Assembly: GCF_964194155.1 (NCBI RefSeq)
Contig: NC_135901.1
Span: 27,218,001 to 27,282,000, forward strand
From: Cetorhinus maximus
Lineage: Eukaryota
Reading direction: 5' to 3'
DNA length: 64,000 nt
Shown here: positions 12,746 through 25,509 of the stretch, piece after piece
Position numbering within the stretch: the stretch's first letter is position 1
Layout: every line of letters begins with the position of its first letter
The notes under the pieces: model-generated
The model's input: only the letters and a program-made list of their open reading frames with translations
The model's database searches: none
Told to the model about the DNA's origin: nothing
Program-made: the position numbers and the translations under genes

Positions 12746-13709
12746 GCTCTTGATCTAAAGAGAACAATTTCAGCTGCTCCAGTCTCTCCAACCAACTGAA
12801 GTCCCTCATCCCTGGTGCCATTCTCATAAATCTCCTCTGCTCCCTCTCTAAGAACTTCACATCTTTCCTAAAGTGTGGGTCCCAGATATAGGGTTCCATT
12901 CAAGAGGGATAGAATTGAAAAGCAGGGAGGTTATGTTCAACTTGTTTTGAACCATGGTTAGACTACAATGGGAGTACTGTCAACATTTGTGATCTCCATT
13001 TAGAAAACGGAAATAGAGGCACTGGAGAAGGGGCAACAAAGATTCACAAGAATAATACCAGAACTGAGAGTATTTAACCCTCAGGAAAGGCTGGGGCTGC
13101 TTTTCTCTAGAAAAAAGACTGAAGGGTGACCTGATTGAAGTCTTTAAGATGATGAAGGGGTTCAATAATCCAATAGGGATTTCATGAGAAACCTCTTTAC
13201 CCAGCGAGTGGTGAGAACGTGGACCTCACTACCACAGCAAGTGGTTGAGCTGAATGGCATGAATACATTTAAGGGGGAGCTGGATACATACATGAGGGAG
13301 AAAGGAATAGAAGGATATGCTGATGGGGGAGATGAAGAGGGGTGGGTGGAGGCTCATGTGGAGCATAAATACTGACAGAGACCAACTGAGCTGACTGGCC
13401 TGGCCCTGTGCTGTAGACTCAATGGAACAGAGACAAATGTATTTATTTTAGATCTACCTGTAGTGGTAGGAAAAAGACAATTTACCATCCAGGATAAAAT
13501 AAATGTGTTTCATCGCTGTTGCAGATCAATTCAATGGAAGCGTACACTCCCAGGCTCAAAGATCATCACTAGAAGCAAAGTCGTGATACCGGCCAGTCCA
13601 GCAGAAAGAAACCCTCCAACCCTCCCACTTCACCAAGTGTCAGAATGAACATGTTTCAGTCCTGGATGTGATTAACAGCAGTAATAACAGCAGAATCCAA
13701 CCCCTGGAA

Positions 13710-14384
13710 TCACTTGTGAACTCGCTGGTATCTCCGCAGGCTGGATAAATGAACAAATCCCTTCCCACATACAGAGCAGGTGAATGGCCGCTCCCCAGTG
13801 TGAATTCTCCGGTGTTTCTGTAGGTGGGATAACTGAGTGAATCCTTTCCCACACTCAGAGCAGATGAATGGTCTCTCCCCGGTGTGAAGTCGCTGGTGTG
13901 TCAGCAGACTCGATGTGTCAGCGAATCCCTTCCCACACTCAGAGCAGGTGAACGGCCTTTCCCCAGTGTGAAATCGCTGGTGTGTCTGCAGGCTGGATAA
14001 CTGACTGAATTTGTTCCCACACACAGAACAGCTAAACGGCCTCTCTCCAGTGTGAATTCGCTGGTGTGTCAGTAGGTTGGGTGACTGAGTGAATCCCTTC
14101 CCACACTCAGAACACGTGAACGGCCTCTCCCCGGTGTGAACGCGCTGATGTGTCCACAGGTGGGATGACCCAGTGAATCCTTTCCCACACTCAGAGCAGG
14201 TGAATGGTCTCTCCCCGGTGTGAACCCGCTGGTGCTTCAGCAGGTGGGATGACCGAGTGAATCCCTTCCCACATTCGGAGCAGGTGAAAGGCCTCTCCCC
14301 AGTGTGAATGCGACGATGAATTTCCAGTTCAGATGGGATTCGGTAGCACTTCTCACAGTCTCCACATTGCCATGGTTTCTCCAT
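13710..14384 (-). CDS. C2H2 zinc-finger protein C, 8 fingers (last one His>Tyr)
   Basis: [10 protein letters not shown] start at 14384, TGERP linkers; acceptor at 14742; exon-1 donor at 15701. Confidence 0.85.
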   Translation of the reverse strand: MEKPWQCGDCEKCYRIPSELEIHRRIHTGERPFTCSECGKGFTRSSHLLKHQRVHTGERPFTCSECGKGFTGSSHLWTHQRVHTGERPFTCSECGKGFTQSPNLLTHQRIHTGERPFSCSVCGNKFSQLSSLQTHQRFHTGERPFTCSECGKGFADTSSLLTHQRLHTGERPFICSECGKGFTQLSHLQKHRRIHTGERPFTCSVCGKGFVHLSSLRRYQRVHK

Positions 14385-15084
14385 AGTGTGGTCGTCCTTG
14401 TGAATCTCAAGGTTTGACAATCAGTTGAAGCCTCGAACTCACACGGAATACTTGGACAGTCTCTCTGCACTGTGATGTTTTTTCAGGCTGTTTAACTGGT
14501 TAAAGCTCTTTCCACAGTCAGTGCACTGGAACACTCTCACTTAGGTGTGTGTGTGTCTCGGTGCTTATCCAATCACAATAACGTTTAAAATCTTTTGAAG
14601 CAGACAGAACAGACAAACATTTCTCCTTCCAGATTCAAAGCTTAAGAGTATTCGCATTCCGATGAATCAAGCGACACTGTCAGATCTTGACATGATGTTT
14701 GTTCTGAAATTTTTGTCTGAAAACTCTCTCCTTTTGATAGGCTGTAAAAAAGAGTTTGTAAAAATCAATACAGGATAAAATTTTGGAACTGAGAATTCTA
14801 GTTCATGTGAAACATTCTTTCTTCTGTCACTCCCCAAAAGGTGTGAATCTTTGTCCCACACACTGTCCCTCCATTCTCACTCTGCTCTATCTTAAATACA
14901 CCCTCCCAATTCTCCTGATTCATGCTGATCGATAGATCCATGCTCACCGCTTCCTCTCCAGGGCACAGAGACCTGAAAATCTTCAAGCAGGTGGTCAACC
15001 ATATATGTGTCTATTTTAAAGCATGAAAAATGTGTCATATACTGCACTATATCACTTGCTTAAGATACAAGGGGAATGTGAAGA

Positions 15085-15385
15085 AGAACTTTATTTACCT
15101 CCGAATAGGACAAGGGCAGCAGATGCATGGGAACACCACCACCACCACTTGCAGGTTCCCCTCCAAGCCACTCACCGTCCTGACTAGGAAATATATCAGC
15201 TGTTCCTTCACTGCTGCTGGGTCAAAATCCTGGAAATCCTTCCCTAACAGCATGTTGGGTGTACCTGCAGCACATGGACTGCAGCGGTTCAAGAAGGTCT
15301 CTCACCACCACCTTCTCAAAGGCAATTAGGGATGGGCATTTAAAATGCTGGCCTAACCAGTGACATCCAGACCCCGTGAAAGGAC
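15085..15385 (+). mobile_element. 3' end of the CR1-clade LINE family seen at 30545-33172
   Basis: Matches the reverse complement of 30560-30830 and of 41735-42040. Confidence 0.7.
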
Positions 15386-15701
15386 ATAATGAAAATGTAG
15401 ACAGCGCGCAGTCATGACCTGGAACTTGCTGCCTAAGGGGTGGTGGAAGCAGAGAAGATCAATAATTTAAAAGTGAAATTGGATGAACACTTGAAGGAAA
15501 CTTCTGGGAGAGAGAATGGAGATATTGAGGGTGAAGGAGACTGACTGGATTGCTCTCCAGAGAGTTGGCACAGACTCGAGTTGCTGAATGGAGTCCTTCT
15601 GTGCCATAATGACTCTATGACTGGAAATATATAATAACAGCATTTTATTACAAGACTAGAAAAGAAATGGAAAGGGGGAGAAAAGAAAGTGTTTTACTCA
15701 C

Positions 15702-16149
15702 AGATGTTGGACACAGGAAGAAGTTTTAGTCTGTGTGAAGATCAATCTTCATTCACACAAAACCCGCGCTCTGATTGGCTGGAGGACCAGAGTCCTTCCG
15801 GTCCTCCAACTTCCCATTGGTCAATCCCTCAGCATGACGGGAAGGGGCGGGCTCTCTCTCGCACATGCGCAGCTTCCCCTCTCTCGAGCTCTCCGAGCGG
15901 CTTCTTGCTCTGGCCGGAGCCGGTTGCCTGCAAACCTCGGCTCGTGGTGGTTGAGGGGGAGGGGGAGCAATGGGTGGGGGCGGGGCTCCCGCGTCCGCGC
16001 GCCTGGCCTGCAGACTGGAACCCGAGGACGTCACCGCAGAGCAGAGTGATTCCTATTGGCTGATTCAGGCAGGGTTCCATTGTGGACGTCACAATGCGGA
16101 AGTTGGACAATGAGCTTCAGACTAAAACTTCCTCCTCTGGGCAACATCT
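15702..16149. promoter_or_regulatory. Bidirectional promoter plus first exons, arm A (-) / arm B (+), between genes C and D
   Basis: Outward-facing donors at 15701 (GTGAGT) and 16150 (GTGAGG); CCAAT, ETS-like, NRF1-like and GC-box motifs; two GACGTCA CRE-like sites. Confidence 0.75.
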
Positions 16150-16478
16150 GTGAGGAAATCAATGTTTCCCCCTTTCCATTTCTTTTCTCATTCTGGGGGC
16201 ATATTGTTGACTCGCAGGAACTGAAGGGAAAGGAAGTAAATCCAGGGAGGGTGCAGACTCTGGAAAGGTTGGCCCAGGTCTCTCTCTCTCTTAAAGACAT
16301 TGTGACACTCAAGTGAGAGTGTTTCCAGTGCACTGACTCTGGAAAGAGCTTTAACCAGTTACACAGCCTGAAAAAACATCACACCATTCACAACAGGGAG
16401 AGACTGTACATGTGTTGTGTGTGTGGATGAGGCTTCAACTGATTGTCAAAGCTGGAGAGACCCAAGGACACTCACAAC

Positions 16479-17234
16479 ATGGAGAAACCATGGAAATGTG
16501 CAGACTGTGGGAAAGCATTCAGGTTCCCATGTCAGCTGGAAACCCATCGACACAGTCACACCGGTGAGAGGCCATTCACCTGCTCGGAGTGTGGGCAGGG
16601 ATTCACTCAGCGATGCAACCTGCTGAGACATCAGCGAGTTCACACGGGGGACAGGCCGTTCAACTGCTCTCAGTGTGGTGAGGGATTCAGTGATTTGTCC
16701 ACCCTGCTGTACCACCAGCAACTTCACACTGAGAGGCCATTTACTTGCTCAGAGTGTGGGAAGGGATTCAATCGGTCAGCCCATCTACTGAGACACCAGC
16801 AGTTTCATACTGGGAAGAGGCCATTCACCTGCTTGGAGTGTGGGAAGGGATTCATTCAGTCATCCAGCCTGCTGGCACACCAACGAGTTCACACTGGTGA
16901 GAGGCCATTCATCTGCTCTGAGTGTGGAATGGGATTCACTCAGTCATCCAGCCTGCTAAAACACCAGCGTGTTCACAACGGGGAGCGAGCATTCACCTGC
17001 TCTAAGTGTGGGAAGGGATTCACTGATTCATCCAACCTGCTGCGACACCAGCGAGTCCACACTGGGGAGAGGCCATTCACCTGCTCAGAGTGTGGGAAGG
17101 GATTCACTCAGTCGTCCAGCCTGTTTACCCACCAGCGACTTCACAGCGGAGAGAGGCCATTCCTCTGCCCCATTTGTGGGAAGGGATTCAATCGATTATC
17201 CAACCTGCGGAAGCACCAGCAAGTTCACAAGTGA
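16479..17234 (+). CDS. C2H2 zinc-finger protein D, 9 fingers
   Basis: [10 protein letters not shown] start, nine fingers; the normal acceptor of the finger exon is deleted (junction ~16302). Confidence 0.75.
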   Translation: MEKPWKCADCGKAFRFPCQLETHRHSHTGERPFTCSECGQGFTQRCNLLRHQRVHTGDRPFNCSQCGEGFSDLSTLLYHQQLHTERPFTCSECGKGFNRSAHLLRHQQFHTGKRPFTCLECGKGFIQSSSLLAHQRVHTGERPFICSECGMGFTQSSSLLKHQRVHNGERAFTCSKCGKGFTDSSNLLRHQRVHTGERPFTCSECGKGFTQSSSLFTHQRLHSGERPFLCPICGKGFNRLSNLRKHQQVHK

Positions 17235-17469
17235 TTACAAGTGTTGGATTCCATTTTGCTGCTGTTAATCACATCCTGGACTGAACCATGTTCGTTCTGG
17301 CAGTTGGCAATGGAGGGTTTCTTTCTGCTGGACTGTCTGTTCTCATGACTTTGCTTCCAGTGGGCTGATCCTCTGAGACTAATTGCGAGTATTTAGTTGC
17401 TTATTTCATATAGATCACAGGAACAAAGGGTGTTTTGAAGGTAAATGAAATGGTATTTAGTTTGCGTTT

Positions 17470-18105
17470 ATGTTTGGAACCTCCTAAAGCATGCCACTTT
17501 GCCATGGAGATGGGCTGTGGGAGGATTAGAAGGTTATTTTGTTTAATTTATCTGGGTGTTTCTCACAGAAAGCAGCCACAGATTTGCTCTTGTTTTATTT
17601 GCAGCTAAATTGGAGTTGGTGAGTGGAAAAGAAGCTGGAAGATTTGTTGAGCTTGGAGTTGGAGGATGAAATCTATAGTGACCCTCGCAGTGAAAGGCCT
17701 TGTGGTAGAACCAGTCAGCTTGAGCGGTTAGCTTGGAAAGAGCTGTGAAGATGCAGTTGGAGCAGGCTGGGGAGAAGCAGTCTGTCTGGTCAAAGTCAGG
17801 TCAAGAAGGCAGTGAGGCTCACGCTTGAGTTGAGGAATCCACAGTCGTGAGCTCTGAAAGAAATTTTGGAGGGTCGCTTAGCCAAAAGCTGATGGAATGA
17901 TGCTCAAAGGTAGAACGGGGTTTACAACTTAAATAATTACAAGACAGTGTTAAGTTCCTAGTGTGTAGTTTGTTCAATTTTCTTCTTTACAATAAAGTTT
18001 GTTTTTGTTTAAAAGCATTACATTTTGTGGCGTAACTCTTTTAGTGAATCAGTGGGTGTTCAGATTTCTCTTTAAACACTGACAGTCCCGACCGGGATGG
18101 TAATG
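17470..18105 (+). mobile_element. Possible LTR remnant
   Basis: AATAAA near 17991 and a 3' end resembling other LTR-like elements in the window; no TSD found. Confidence 0.3.
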
Positions 18106-19129
18106 TTCTAGCTTGGTGCCTGGGGAGAAAAGTGACCAGAAACGGTCAGTGAGAATCTCCACAGAGAGCGAGGCAGCAGAAGCCAGTCAGGCTCAGGAAG
18201 AGGTGAACAGATATTGGGTGTATTTAAGTTACTGAATGAGACAGTGTGGACTGTTTGTTCTTCTTCTTTGTCATGGGCAGAGAGTCAGAACTGGAAGCTT
18301 TTTTTATTTTTTCACAGAATGTGAGCGTCACTGTCTAGGCCAACATTTATTGCCCATCCCTAATTGCCCATGAGGGGAGGGTGGTGAGCCACCTTCTGGG
18401 ACCGCTGCTGTCTATCTGATTCAAGTTTTCTGTAACAGTTTGGTACAACTGTGTGTCTTGCTAGGCCATTTCTGAGGGCAGTTAAGGGTCAACCACATCC
18501 CTGTGGGTCCAGAATCACTTGTAGGTCAGACCAGGTAAGGGCGGCAGATTTCCTTCCCTGAAGGGCATTGGTGAACCAGATGGATAAGAGAATTCCAAAG
18601 ATTCACAAGCCTCTGAGTGAAGAAATTTCTCCTCATCTCAGTCTGAAATGATCAGCCCCTTATCCTGAGACTGTGCCCTCGTGTTCTAGATTCCCCAGCC
18701 AGGGGGAAACAGCCTCTCAGTGTCCACCCTTCACACCCTGACTCTGGCAGCAAGTTGGCTCCACCATTTGCCAGTTGAACTTTCAGATGTGAAGCGATGG
18801 GGGGGAAACATTCTTAATAAGTGTCGCCTGGTTGACTCTGGTAATGCTTTGCAGATTCCCAGTCAATGTCCCGACTCCTCCCCTCCCAGCGGAGGAATCT
18901 TTGAGAAGAGCGGGAACCCCAGCTTTGTCCACTTGTGGCATTGTGGCCTGGTCTTGTGATCCCCCACCCCCACCGCCGCACCCGGGCAGATACCAGGGAC
19001 CTGACATTGATCCCCTTGGGGTCTGAAAGAAATCCAAATAATTTTCAAAGCAAACACTGATGCAGCTTGAAATTGGTACATTTGTCACTGAAACAAAATC
19101 CACGTGGGATTCCACTCCCTCATTAGCTT

Positions 19130-19610
19130 CATGTGGCAGATAGACCAATGGGAACAACTGGAGGACCGAAAGGACTCTGGTCCTCCAGCCAATCAGAGCT
19201 TCCCCCATTGTCTGAATGCAGAAGTTGGACAATGAGTTTGTTCACCTGCTCATTGCTGCCCAGTAAAGCTGCTGCTCCTCTCTCTCTGAATGAAGGTTGA
19301 GCTTCACACAGACTAAAACTTCCTCTTGAGTCCAATGTCTGCGAATAAAACACCTTCTTCCCCCCCTCTGCCCCTTTCCATTTATTTTCTCATTCTGGGG
19401 GGAAATTGTTGACTTGCAGGAACTGAAGGGAAAGGAAGTGAATCCAGGGAGGATGCAGACTCTGGAAAGGTTGGCCCAGGTCTCTCTCTCTCTTGACATC
19501 CTTTGCTCCCTCAGCTTGACACATTTATTTGTCTGGCTAAAAGGATGGTCTCTTTCCTAATGTTCACAATTAAAGGGGTGGTTTCTCCAGGAGGTGGCTG
19601 ACATTCAGGT
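19130..19610 (+). pseudogene. Orphan promoter arm, exon 1 and mini-exon (19420-19469) with no finger exon downstream
   Basis: Paralogous to 27460-27870; exon-1 donor decayed to GCGAAT; followed only by repeats. Confidence 0.6.
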
Positions 19611-20009
19611 GACATTATAGCAATATAGGATATAGTATAGTCTAGTGTTATTATTTATATATTATTTATGGTTCTCTAATTAAGAACATGTATTTTATTC
19701 CTAGTCTTGTAATATAGTGCTGTATATATTTCCAATCATAGAGTCATAAAGGCACAGGAGTCTATTTGGTAACTTGAGTCCTTGCCAACTCTCTGTAGAG
19801 TAATCCAGTCAGTATCATTCCCCCTCTGTATGCCCGTTGCCCTTAAAGTTTATTCCCTTCAAGTGGCCATCCAATTTCACTTTGAAATCATTGATTGTCT
19901 CCGCTAACACCATCCTCATTGGCAGCGAGTTTCAGATCATCACAACTCACTGTCTAAATAAAGTTTCTCCTCACATCCCCGTGTAGCTCTAAGCAAGTAA
20001 TCCAATACG

Positions 20010-20305
20010 AATAATCATTTGGCAGCGCAGAACCTGAGTACTGCTGAAGAAAGAGACATGACGTCAATGCTTTTTGTCTTGCACTCATCAGGACAATTTG
20101 CAAGAATACCAATTGTAAATGGAACAACAATTTATATTGCATGGGAAGAGAGTACTCATTGGTTGGCAAGTAGACTCTGATTGGCAGAGGCGTTGCCATG
20201 CACAACGATCTTGGAAATGGTTTACAGCCAAACTTTTGTTTAAATGCAAACCAGACTCTGGTTGATCAAGGCAGTGCCCTGGGGAATGAACCACGGAATG
20301 GCTTA
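20010..20305 (-). mobile_element. Penelope-like pseudo-LTR fragment with decayed hammerhead motif (20062-20095)
   Basis: Minus strand reads TGTC-CTGATGA-GTGCAAGAC-AAAAAGCATT-GACG; homologous to 55966-56202 and 61470-61740. Confidence 0.65.
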
Positions 20306-20329
20306 AATGTCAGTTGGGAAGCATTTTTT

Positions 20330-20695
20330 GGGGAGGCGATGGCACAGTGGTATTGTCGCTGGACTAGTGATACAGGCACCCAAGGTAATGTTCTAAGGAC
20401 CCAGATTCAAATCCCGGTACAGCAAATGGTGGAATTTGAATTCAATAAAAATCTGGAATTAAAAAGTCTCATGATGATTATGAAACCATTGTCAATTGTT
20501 GTAAAAACCCATTTGCTTCACTAATGCCCTTTAGGGAAGGAAATCTGCTGTCTTTACATGGTCTAGCTGACATGTGACTCCAAACCCACAGCAATGTGGT
20601 TGACTTTTAAATGCCCTCTGAATAAGTGTAATTAGGAAATGGCAATAAATGTTGGCCTAGCCAGCGACACCCACATCCCATAAATGAATTTTTTT
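20330..20695 (+). mobile_element. tRNA-derived SINE with CR1-clade LINE-like tail
   Basis: A-box-like TGGCACAGTGG, B-box-like GATTCAAATCC, tail shared with 15320-15380; second copy inverted at 46880-47175. Confidence 0.7.
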
Positions 20696-20699
20696 TTAA

Positions 20700-21255
20700 G
20701 TTTAGGAGACTGTGATCATTGTATTGTATGTTTTAGGATGATGATAGAAAAGGACGATAGGCAATCCACAGTAAGAATTATTAACTGGACAAGAGCTGAG
20801 TTGGGCTAGATAGAGTGGAGCAAAAGATTGGCAGGAAAAACTGCAGTTGAACAATGGGCAACCTTCACAAAATTGGTTTGGGCACAGTCAAAGTATATTT
20901 CATCGAAAGAGAAGGTAGGGAAAACAAATCCAGAGCTCCCTGGATAAAAAAGGAGATTGAAATGAAGATCAGGAAGACAAAGTGCGCTTATGATAGGTGT
21001 CAGGTAGAAAATACAATTGTGAACCAAGAGGGATACAGGCGGTTCAGAGGGGAGGTGAGAAAACATATTAGAGAAGCGAAGAGGGATTATGAGAAAAGAT
21101 TGACAGCCAACATAAAGGGGAATCCCAAAGTCTTCTATCGACATATAAAGAGTAAAAAGGTGGTAAAGTGGAATAGGTCCAATTAGGGACCTAAAAGGAA
21201 ATTAACACATCGATGAAGGGGCCAAGGTTGAGGTATTAAATGAATACTTTTAATC
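20700..21255 (+). mobile_element. CR1 ORF2 internal fragment (endonuclease-RT tether)
   Basis: PWIKKEI...IREAKRDYEKRLTANIKGNPKVFYRHIKSKK motif. Confidence 0.8.
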
Positions 21256-21339
21256 CATCTGGAACGAATAAAAAAAATTAGGAGACAGTGATCACAGGCT
21301 ACCTACACCCTATTATTGAAACACTAATTCATGCTACTA

Positions 21340-21760
21340 TCCTCCTCCAGCTTTTTCACCAATTCTCCTCCCCTGAAGGTACTGACTCTCGGGTTCAGTT
21401 TCACACTCACCTATTACCCTCCCCAATATGTCACCCAGGTGTCTGAATCTTTACACCTGAAGTTAACAAACTGTTTTGCTAAGGGGACGTCACAATCAAA
21501 TCCAGTGATTACCCCCATGTACTTGGTGTCAGGGTGGGATCACTGTGCCCCCCCCACCCCCACTTTCCATCCCAGTCCCAGGAGTTTGGAGACTGGGCTC
21601 CGGATGAGCAATGGCGGCCGCAGCTCCCACAATCCAATGTGCTGGGGAAATCGCTCTATCCGCCACGCGGGCAGGCGGCCCAGGACTGCGCATGTCCAAG
21701 GGAGCGGGGAAACTGCGCATGTGCTGAGGAGACAATGGACTGCGCATGTGAGCCTGCGGG
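21340..21760 (-). promoter_or_regulatory. Orphan promoter arm type C
   Basis: Paralogous to 47245-47615, 54630-54935 and inverted 41085-41480; three TGCGCATGT NRF1-like sites. Confidence 0.55.
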
Positions 21761-22479
21761 TTTTGGGCATGAATGTGCATGGCATAGAATCAGATAAAGG
21801 GATAGTGTCAAACAGTTCTGTGTTATACCTGTCTAAGGTAATGAGAGAAGGTGGTGTAAGTAATTGGGGATCCAATTAAATTAATCTAGGAACCAAATTG
21901 ACCAATTATCATCTTACAACAGGCCCAAAAGCTGTTCCCGCCAAGGACGAGGGGGCACAGGCTGAAGGTTTTAAGTGAGAGATGTGGGGGGGATGTGAGG
22001 AAGAAGCTTTTTTTACACAGCGAGTGAGAATGACCTGGAACTCGCTGCCTATGAGGTGGTGCAATCAGAGATGATGAACGATTTCAAAAGAAAATTGGAT
22101 GGGCACTTGAAGGCAATAAACCTGCAGGGATACGGGGATATAGAGGGGGAATGGGACTGACTGGATCGCTCTGCAGAGAGTCAGCATGGACTCGAGGTAC
22201 CAAATGGACCTTTTTGAAGGTAACTTTGTAACATTTAACCCATGTTGGTGCAGCTGTTCAACAAAACTAACAACTTCTTAAACAAATATTTGTGACTCTT
22301 GACCAATGGGAAAAGTGTTCCTCATTTCCCCACAACAAATTGAGCCAATCAGCTTGGAGTCCCTTCTAACTGTGAACTATAACTTGTATCTAAACAGGGT
22401 ATCCTGGAACACCTGGTGCTCTGACCCCTTCCTGACCTGAACAACAGTTTTTTTTTCCTTAAAGCTACATTACAGTATC

Positions 22480-23717
22480 TGGAACTTAAATAGACAGGCA
22501 ATTGAAGACTGTTCATCGTTAAGCTTACATACAGTACAATTTGGTAATATAAGCCTTATTAATTACACAAATGTGTCATTGGGGTGAAGTCTAACAGTTA
22601 ACACTGATAAAGAGGCTGACTCCAGTTATTTTGCAGGGAATCCCCACTCTTTTTAGTGACTTCAATGTGTTGACATCACCAAAGCAGAACTTTCATACTC
22701 CTTAACCTTGTGTCGATCCTCACTATGAGGTGAATCTGGGTAACATGTTCACCAATCTGATCCACATACTGTCGAGGTGCAGCCACTATCTAACACAGCA
22801 CAGTTGAATGAGTCTGTGACTAACACACTCATCACTGGACCAAAGCTCCTTGTGACTAGTACAATTCCTTCAGAGTGATCATCATCATCACCTTCAGCCT
22901 CAGAATTCTCTCTATCATGTGTCACTTCGAAGACCCTGATTTTCCACTTTGGGCAGTTCATCACATAATGATATTTTGAGTCAGACCTGAAACACCTGTT
23001 AATTGTTCCCTGGCCATTCCTGGGGTTCATTCACCTATTAGTGCTGTTCCAATCCTGTCTCTTGTTGAGATATCCAGATCTGCTAAAGATGTTTTCACCC
23101 TCATTCGAAACCTGTCAAAGTCCAACTATGCTTCATAGGCATCCAATAGATCATCTTTCTTGTAAATCTCATCAATGAACCTGAATAGAAGATCCAAACC
23201 TTCATCAGTATCCAACTGACGGGCATCCAGCTCACTAAATAATTTGCTTCTGATTTACTTTTGTTGGTAAGTGACAATACCAAGACCAGACCTTGTTTCC
23301 TCCTTGGTGGGAACGTAACCCGTGTCCACATATCCACTTCATTCTTCCACTGGTCGTGTGGCTCAGACTCCGAGAACATCGGCGGGTAATCAGACCCTGA
23401 CAATTTCCACTTGCTTTCAGCCATTTCTCACAAAAGCTACTCAGATTGTAAGTTTCTGTCTGAAATTTAATTTTCCTTTAGTTTCCAACCTTCACCATTA
23501 GACATGTTACCATGTTATAATCCTAACAGCCTGATGGTGAAGGAAGAAACCGGAGCCAATCTTTACTTGGTATAGATTTATTCACAGAGTGAAACATTAC
23601 GGGTATATAGCTCCTGACTCCACTACACTCTAAGTCAGTCAGGGTCTCTTTATATGTGCTCAAGTAACTATCCAATCCATGATGTCCACCTGTATATACC
23701 TAACCTCAATTCACACA
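22480..23717 (-). mobile_element. Decayed Ty1/Copia-like LTR retrotransposon: 5' LTR (23717-23513), PBS, gag, zinc knuckle, protease
   Basis: TG...CA 205-bp LTR followed by TGGTAACA; ORF MAESKWKLSG...QWKNEVDMW; knuckle-like RCFRSDSKYHYVMNCP; aspartyl protease motif AVLDSGCTSTVCG. Confidence 0.8.
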
Positions 23718-23751
23718 ATCGAAAGCCACAGTCACAGCATCTAAAAGGTCT

Positions 23752-24593
23752 CTAATCAGTGTGACTGTCATGGTGTGTCAGCAGCTCGGATGAACAAGTG
23801 AATCTCTTCCCACACTCAGAGCCTGTGAACGGCCTCTCCCTCGTGTGAACTCGCTGGTGTCTCAGCAGGGTGGATGGATCACTGAATCCCTTCCCACACA
23901 GAGAGCAGGTGAATGGCCTCTCCCCAGAGTGAACTCGCTGGTGTTTCTGCAGGTCGGATGACTGAGTGAAACTCTTCCCACACTTGGAGCAGGGGAACGG
24001 CCTCTCCCCAGTGTGAACTCGCTGGTGTGTCTGCAGGGTGGATGACCGAGTGAATCCCTTCCCACACACATAACATATGAATGGCCTCTCCCCAGTGTGA
24101 ACTCGCTGGTGTGTCTGCAGGTCGTAAGACCGAGTGAATCTCTTTCCACATTCAGAACAGACAAGCCAGTCCCTGGTGTGAACTCGCTGGTGTGTCAGCA
24201 GGTAGAATGACCGAGCGAATCCCTTCCCACACTCAGAGCAGGTGAATGGCCTCTCCCCGCTGTGAACTCGCTTGTGCATCAGCAGGAGGGATGATTCACT
24301 AAATTCCTCCCCACACTCAGAGCAGGTGAATAGTCTCTCCCAGTGTGAACTCGCTGGTGTCTCCGCAGCTGGGATGTATTCCTGAATTCCTTCCCACATT
24401 CAGAACATGCGAACGGTCTCTCCCCAGTGTGAACTTGCTGATATGTCTGCAGGTGAGATGACTGAGTGAATCCCTTCCCACACTCAGAGCAGATGAAAGG
24501 CCTCTCCCCAGTGTGAATGCGTCGATGAGTTTCCAACACAGACGGGGTTTTGAATGCCTTCCCACAGTCCCCACATTTCCACGGTTTCTCCAT
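23752..24593 (-). pseudogene. C2H2 zinc-finger gene E, 10 fingers, one frameshift after finger 3
   Basis: [10 protein letters not shown] at 24593; linker G run is one base short (24339-24341), splitting ORFs 24279..24593 and 23752..24399; could be a homopolymer error. Confidence 0.7.
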
Positions 24594-25509
24594 GATGCGT
24601 GTGTCCTTGTGTCTCTCCAGGTTCTACGATTAGTTGAAGCTTCGTCCTCACACAGAACACGTGTAAGGTCTCTCGCTGCTGTGAATGGTGTGATGTTTTT
24701 CTCAAGCTGAGGAACTGGTTAAAGCTCTTTCCACAGTCAGTGCACTGGAACACTCTCACTCGGGTATATGTGTCTCGGTGCTTTTCCAGTCACGCTGATG
24801 CTTAAAACCTTTTGAAGCAGACAGAACAGACAAACATTTCTCCTTCTAGATTCAAAGGCTGATCATATTCAGGTCCCGATGAGTCGACTGAGTCTGTCAG
24901 ATCTTGACGTGATGTTTGGTTTGAGATTGCTGTCTGCAAATCCTCCCCTTCTAATATCCTGCTAAAGGAATTTACAAAAGTCATTATTGTCAGTATAGGA
25001 TAGAAATTCAGAACAGACAATTCTAATTTGTAACGAACATTCTTTCCTCTCTCATTCCCCAAAAGCAGTAAATCTCCATGCCACACACTCTCACTCCATT
25101 CTCACTCTGCTGTATCTAATATACTCCCAATAGTACTGCACTAAAAATGTGTATAATACACAGTTCACTATTACATGATAAGAGATACATGGTGCAGTGG
25201 GGAAGAACTTTATTTCAACAGCCCGTGATGATGACCTGGAACCCACTGCCGATGAGGGTGGTGGTTCCAGAGACAATCAATCATTTCAGAATGAAATTGA
25301 ATTGACACTTGAAGGAAATGGTACTGGGACTGACTGGATCACTCTACAGAGAGTCAGTATGGACTTGAGTTGTCAAATGGACTCCTGTGTCATAATGACT
25401 CTATCACTGGAAATATATTAGGTAGCTACAGTACTGTCCTATAAGACTAGAAGGATAACAAACGCACTTTAGTACAAAACTATAAATAATATATCTAAAG
25501 TGTCCCCCA

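Noticed and set aside
20330-20420. tRNA gene
   Set aside because: A and B boxes belong to a SINE head; no complete cloverleaf is visible and a LINE-like tail follows
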